Source: Chitinophagales bacterium (GTDB lineage Bacteria; Bacteroidota; Bacteroidia; Chitinophagales; Chitinophagaceae). From it: a stretch of DNA of 64,000 nucleotides. The notes below the pieces were generated by a model. It saw only the letters and a list, made by a program, of their open reading frames with translations. It ran no database searches and was not told the DNA's origin. Each line of letters opens with the position of its first letter. The stretch's first letter is position 1. The stretch is taken from contig JACJXP010000001.1 in assembly GCA_020636575.1 (NCBI GenBank), forward strand, positions 670,050 to 734,049, written 5' to 3'. Both the position numbers and the translations under genes were made by a program. Below are positions 59,460 through 64,000 of this stretch, in pieces.

Positions 59460-60383
59460 CTATACCAGTTCTATTTCAAAATTCACCAGGTCTTTGAACT
59501 GCTGAACCCTGTTATCAATATCATCTTTATTGATCTCTTTCAAACGGGTAGGTCCAAACTTTTCTACACAAAAGCTAGCCATAGCTGAACCAACTATAAT
59601 TGCAGTTTTCATGTTCTCAAAACTGATGTCTTTTGTTTTAGCCAAATGCCCCATAAACCCACCGGCAAAAGTATCCCCGGCACCGGTTGGATCAAATACA
59701 TCTTCCAGGGGAAGAGCCGGGGCATAAAACACATCATCTCCATGAAACAGTAAAGCGCCGTGTTCTCCTTTTTTAATGATCAGGTATTTAGGCCCCATCT
59801 GCATAATGGCCCTTGCTGCTTTTACCAATGAATATTCTGAAGTAAGCTGCCTTGCCTCTGCATCGTTAACCATCAACATGTCGACATAACGTAAAACGAT
59901 CTTAAGATCATTCATAGCCGTTTCCATCCAAAAGTTCATGGTGTCCATTACAATCAGCTTGGGACGTTGCTTCAATTCCTGTATCACATTTAACTGCAGT
60001 TTAGGCATCAGGTTGCCCAGCATTAAAAACTCAGCACCCTGAAAGCTGTCGGGCACTTTGGGGTCAAAATCAGCCAATACATTCAGGTCCGTCACCAATG
60101 TATCACGGCTGTTCATGTCCTCATGGTAACGGCCGCTCCAGAAGAATGATTTTTTATCAGGAACTACTTCCACACCATCCAAATGTACACCCCGGCTTCT
60201 CAGTTCCTCCATTTCTTCTTTTGGAAAATCGTTACCTACTATAGAAATCTGTTGAACCGGTTTTACGAAATTGCTGGCAGCATACGCTACATAGGTAGCT
60301 GAGCCGCCGATTATTTTATCCGCTTTTCCAAAAGGTGTTTCAATAGCATCAAAGGCCATAGTGCCAACAGTGATCAGAGACAT
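59460..60383 (-). CDS. PfkB/ribokinase-family carbohydrate kinase
   Basis: GGSATY, KKGEHGA, DPTGAGDTFAGG. Confidence 0.92.
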   Translation of the reverse strand: MSLITVGTMAFDAIETPFGKADKIIGGSATYVAYAASNFVKPVQQISIVGNDFPKEEMEELRSRGVHLDGVEVVPDKKSFFWSGRYHEDMNSRDTLVTDLNVLADFDPKVPDSFQGAEFLMLGNLMPKLQLNVIQELKQRPKLIVMDTMNFWMETAMNDLKIVLRYVDMLMVNDAEARQLTSEYSLVKAARAIMQMGPKYLIIKKGEHGALLFHGDDVFYAPALPLEDVFDPTGAGDTFAGGFMGHLAKTKDISFENMKTAIIVGSAMASFCVEKFGPTRLKEINKDDIDNRVQQFKDLVNFEIELV

Positions 60384-60542
60384 AATGTATTTGAAGTTTA
60401 AAAGGTCAATATTCAAAACCCGGAATTGATTCCGGATCTGCAGACGTAGTTATTACATCACGGCGTGCAAACCTACCTAAAAAATACCTGCCTGAAAAGG
60501 AATAAATACAGTTTCAGGTAACTTTACCTTAATTCTTTGCCC

Positions 60543-61073
60543 ATGTTGAAAAAACCAGTCATTATAATCCTTACATGCTTTTGGTTCATATCTGCGTCTG
60601 CCCAGTTAGATACTTTTTTTGTAAAACAAAATATTCATCGTTGTGCTGATAGCCTGGCACATGCATTTAAAACAAAGAACTGGGATCTTTTTACAACGTA
60701 TAGCTATCCGGCATTGATAGGCAGTCTGGGCGGTGTTCAAAAATTCAAAGAGTATATCCAGGAAACGCTTAGTGCAGCTCCCGATTCAGCATGGAAACAA
60801 TATGAACCGGGAAAGATATTACAGATCGTAAAAACAGCTAAGGATATACAAACTGTTATTGAACTCCATACCAGGATCGCTATGGATAGTATGCAGATCA
60901 GCACTACTACTTACCTGGTGGGAGAATCTTGGAATGGAGGACAACACTGGACCTTTTTTGATTCCCGTGGCGATAGAAGTATTGCCCTTACTGTAAAGCC
61001 AGATCTAAGCCCTGAATTGGTGATACCTTCCAGAAAAGAAAAGCTGGAACCATTCAGGCCGGAGGATCAATAA
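60543..61073 (+). CDS. Secreted hypothetical protein
   Basis: Signal peptide ending ASA-Q. No family recognised. Confidence 0.65.
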   Translation: MLKKPVIIILTCFWFISASAQLDTFFVKQNIHRCADSLAHAFKTKNWDLFTTYSYPALIGSLGGVQKFKEYIQETLSAAPDSAWKQYEPGKILQIVKTAKDIQTVIELHTRIAMDSMQISTTTYLVGESWNGGQHWTFFDSRGDRSIALTVKPDLSPELVIPSRKEKLEPFRPEDQ

Positions 61074-61125
61074 AATAGATCTTCGATTCAGGTTTTATAT
61101 AATTTTCGGTTCGTTATCTTTGAAT

Positions 61126-61719
61126 ATGGCTAAAACAGTACGAAAGCGAGCTTCCAAAAAGGAACTTATCCTTCAAAAAGCAGCTGCAATGTTTCGGGAA
61201 AAAGGATTTGCTGCTACTTCTATGCGGGATCTTGCTGAAACAGTAGGTATAGAAGCCGCCAGTCTATACAATCATATCCGTTCAAAAAATGAGATACTGG
61301 AAGCCATCTGCTTTGATGTAGCCAATAGCTTTAATGCAAATATGGAAGGAACTGAATCCAGTAATGAAAAAAGTATCCTTAAAATCGAAAAGCTGCTTCG
61401 CTTCCATATCCGTCAGATGATAGAGAATTATGAAGAAGTATACGTAAGTGACCGTGAGTGGAAACACCTTGACGAACCCTACCTCTCTAACTTCCAGGCA
61501 CAACGCCGTAATTACAGAAAAAAATTTGCGTCCATCATAGAACAAGGTATTGTGAAGAATGAGATCCGTAATATTGATGCTCCTACAGCTGTTCTCATTA
61601 TACTTCATGCAGTAAGCGGAATTGAAAGCTGGCACCGCAGCAGGGCCAGGATCAGCGCCGGTGAACTGGAAGACAATATGGTAATGATCATGATCGATGG
61701 ACTGCGGAAACATTCCTGA
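61126..61719 (+). CDS. TetR-family regulator (PaaR/KstR2-like)
   Basis: F.EKGFAATSMRDLAETVGIEAASLYNHIRSK HTH. Located in the paa cluster. TATCTTTG -7 element just before the ATG. Confidence 0.88.
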   Translation: MAKTVRKRASKKELILQKAAAMFREKGFAATSMRDLAETVGIEAASLYNHIRSKNEILEAICFDVANSFNANMEGTESSNEKSILKIEKLLRFHIRQMIENYEEVYVSDREWKHLDEPYLSNFQAQRRNYRKKFASIIEQGIVKNEIRNIDAPTAVLIILHAVSGIESWHRSRARISAGELEDNMVMIMIDGLRKHS

Positions 61720-61721
61720 AT

Positions 61722-62801
61722 ATGGCTGTTCATTTTCACCCTGTTCCGGTAAAAGAGATCAGAAAAGAAACCCCTGAATGTGTATCAGTTGTTTTTGATA
61801 TTCCGGCTGATCTTATCAAAGAGTTTGCATTTACACAAGGTCAAAGCCTTACTATGCGAACCACTATCAATGGAGAAGAAGTAAGAAGAACATATTCCAT
61901 CTGCAGTTCACCACTGGATAATGAATGGAGGGTGGCTATTAAAAAAGTGGAGGGTGGCTTGTTCTCTTCTTTTGCAAATGAGCAATTAAAACAAGGAGAC
62001 ACTATTGAAGTAATGCCCCCCGTTGGAAAGTTTTACACAGAACTGACCCCTTCGAATAAAAAAGAATACCTGGCATTTGCTGCAGGAAGTGGTATCACGC
62101 CGGTATTATCGTTAATCAAAACTACTCTGGCTAAAGAGCCGTATAGTTCCTTTACACTTGTTTTCGGTAACCGTAACCGTAGTTCAATTATATTTTTTGA
62201 AGAACTGGAAGGCCTGAAAAATAAATACATGGAAAGATTCAACCTGGTTCATGTATTAAGTCGTGAAAAAACAGATGCTTCCATCAATTTTGGCAGGATC
62301 AATAATGAAAAGCTTGCAGAGCTGGAAAAGCTGATCGACTATTCTAATACAGATGAATTTTTTATTTGTGGTCCGGAAGAAATGATATTCACCGTTAAAG
62401 ATTTCCTTGAAACAAAAGGGATCAATAAAAAACATATTCATTTTGAACTATTCTCTTCGCCGGGGCAAAAAATTTCACAACCGAAGACCAGGGAAGACCA
62501 AGTTGATACCGGTGCAAAAAGCAATATCACCCTAAAACTGGATGGCAGAACTTTTGCTTTTGATCTCCCGCTATCGTCAGATGCAACTATTCTGGATGCT
62601 GCCTTAAAACAAGGCGCTGATCTTCCTTATGCATGTAAGGGGGGTATGTGCTGCACCTGTAAGGCCAAACTGCTGGAAGGTGAAGTAATGATGGATGTTC
62701 ACTGGGGACTGGAAGATGATGAAGTGGAAAAGGGATATATACTTACCTGCCAGAGCCATCCCAAAACAGAGAAAGTGGTTGTAGACTTTGATATCAAATA
62801 A
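61722..62801 (+). CDS. paaE: Phenylacetyl-CoA epoxidase reductase subunit
   Basis: RRTYSICS, AAGSGITP, FICGP, 2Fe-2S motif CKGGMCCTC...LTCQS. Confidence 0.93.
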   Translation: MAVHFHPVPVKEIRKETPECVSVVFDIPADLIKEFAFTQGQSLTMRTTINGEEVRRTYSICSSPLDNEWRVAIKKVEGGLFSSFANEQLKQGDTIEVMPPVGKFYTELTPSNKKEYLAFAAGSGITPVLSLIKTTLAKEPYSSFTLVFGNRNRSSIIFFEELEGLKNKYMERFNLVHVLSREKTDASINFGRINNEKLAELEKLIDYSNTDEFFICGPEEMIFTVKDFLETKGINKKHIHFELFSSPGQKISQPKTREDQVDTGAKSNITLKLDGRTFAFDLPLSSDATILDAALKQGADLPYACKGGMCCTCKAKLLEGEVMMDVHWGLEDDEVEKGYILTCQSHPKTEKVVVDFDIK

Positions 62802-62811
62802 ATATTATAAA

Positions 62812-63396
62812 ATGAAAAAGTTAGTCTTCCTTTCATCTATTGTTTTGCAATTCTTAATAACGACAGCGCAAACTGAATCAGAGATTGAAAAATATAGTAA
62901 CGAAGTTGATCGGAAAATAGACAGTGGAACCTTACATCAAAATCAGTGGGTAACAAATAAAAATGGGTCTGATTGGTTCGACCCCGGATCATCGTATTAT
63001 GAAGTCGTAACCGATTTCTGGTATGATGGCACAGGTTTTCTTAATGATGAAACAGGGATACCTGAATTTCAATTAGTAAAGATCTCTTCTATGCAAAAAT
63101 CAATACTTTATAACAGAAAAGAGGAATACCTGTTTCAAAATGGGCATCTAAATTATTTTTATTTAGAGATGAATGTAGATGGTGCTCCAACGAAGCTACA
63201 CTACTATATTAATTCAAAGGGCAATGTTATTAAAGAGACTATTCTGGTAGATGATAAAAAAATAGACAAAAATGATTCTTCTTTAGAAGACTATAAAAAA
63301 GCATGGATCATTTCTCCTGAAAAAATGGTTTTGAAAGCTAAAAAATACCAGAAACTGTTTTTTGATAGCATTTTAATGGAACAATTGGAAGAATAA
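62812..63396 (+). CDS. Secreted hypothetical protein
   Basis: Signal peptide MKKLVFLSS...TAQ. No family recognised. Confidence 0.6.
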   Translation: MKKLVFLSSIVLQFLITTAQTESEIEKYSNEVDRKIDSGTLHQNQWVTNKNGSDWFDPGSSYYEVVTDFWYDGTGFLNDETGIPEFQLVKISSMQKSILYNRKEEYLFQNGHLNYFYLEMNVDGAPTKLHYYINSKGNVIKETILVDDKKIDKNDSSLEDYKKAWIISPEKMVLKAKKYQKLFFDSILMEQLEE

Positions 63397-63441
63397 CATA
63401 TTTTATCTGACTATCCTGATAAATCTCATAAACAAATTCCC

Positions 63442-63455
63442 CAAACAGGCGTTAG
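63442..63455. promoter_or_regulatory. Putative PaaR operator
   Basis: CAAACAGGCGTTAG fits the CNAACNNNCGTTNG pseudopalindrome, 7 nt before the -7 element TAAATTTG (63463-63470). Confidence 0.6.
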
Positions 63456-63488
63456 TTTTATTTAAATTTGTAGTTCAAAAAATTTGTT

Positions 63489-64000
63489 ATGCCTGTTCAG
63501 GATCTTGAAAAAAAATTTCAGGAGAAAATTGATAACGAGGTTAAAATTGAACCGAAAGACTGGATGCCCGAAGCTTACCGAAAAACGAATCTCCGGCAGA
63601 TCAGTCAGCATGCACATAGTGAGGTAGTCGGTATGTTACCGGAAGGAAACTGGATCACAAGAGCTCCTTCATTAAAAAGAAAAGCCATCCTTTTGGCAAA
63701 AGTGCAGGATGAAGCAGGGCATGGACTTTACTTATACAGCGCTGCAGAAACACTGGGTATGGGCCGGGATGAAATGATCAATGACCTGCATTCCGGTAAA
63801 GCAAAATATTCTTCTATATTTAATTATCCCACACTTACATGGGCTGATATCGGCGCCATCGGGTGGCTGGTGGATGGAGCAGCTATTATGAACCAGGTTA
63901 TGCTCACCAGAACATCCTATGGACCTTATGCAAGAGCTATGGTAAGAATATGTAAAGAAGAAAGTTTTCATCAACGCCAGGGTTTTGAATCCTTATTGGT
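63489..64000 (+). CDS. paaA: Phenylacetyl-CoA epoxidase subunit A (truncated by the window end)
   Basis: Not in the ORF track. Hand translation [11 protein letters not shown]...[13 protein letters not shown]...[44 protein letters not shown]. Confidence 0.95.
   Translation, partial: MPVQDLEKKFQEKIDNEVKIEPKDWMPEAYRKTNLRQISQHAHSEVVGMLPEGNWITRAPSLKRKAILLAKVQDEAGHGLYLYSAAETLGMGRDEMINDLHSGKAKYSSIFNYPTLTWADIGAIGWLVDGAAIMNQVMLTRTSYGPYARAMVRICKEESFHQRQGFESLL

Overview
This is an AT-rich chromosomal segment from a Bacteroidota genome, most likely Chitinophagaceae. That call rests on SusC/D/E genes, T9SS C-terminal domains, TAnnTTTG -7 promoters and bTHX. Core genes are xth, HU, bTHX, pdxH, pyrH, tsf-rpsB-rpsI-rplM, ligA, asd and a PfkB kinase. 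Accessory content: (1) a ~15.5 kb block between tsf and pyrH with a six-gene operon (FHA-TM-trypsin protease, Ser/Thr kinase-TM-PEGA, PP2C phosphatase, Ser/Thr kinase-TM-long linker-VirB10/TrbI-like domain, outer-membrane beta-barrel, PorV-like barrel), flanked by two TPR-histidine kinase/LuxR regulator pairs, each associated with a repeated operator-like motif; (2) a galactan-type PUL (SusC/D/E/F, GH53, GH2-GH53 fusion) with an NrtR/AraR-type regulator, a matching palindrome and a T9SS-secreted GH13; (3) a TolC-MacAB-like efflux operon with LytS/LytTR; (4) the start of a paa cluster. The best candidates for something undescribed are the trans-envelope phospho-Thr/FHA/protease module (10997-18491) and an unannotated leader-peptide attenuator rich in Lys and other aspartate-family codons upstream of asd. 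No rRNA, tRNA, CRISPR array, integrase or transposase was seen. All family calls come from motif recognition by eye, not from database searches.
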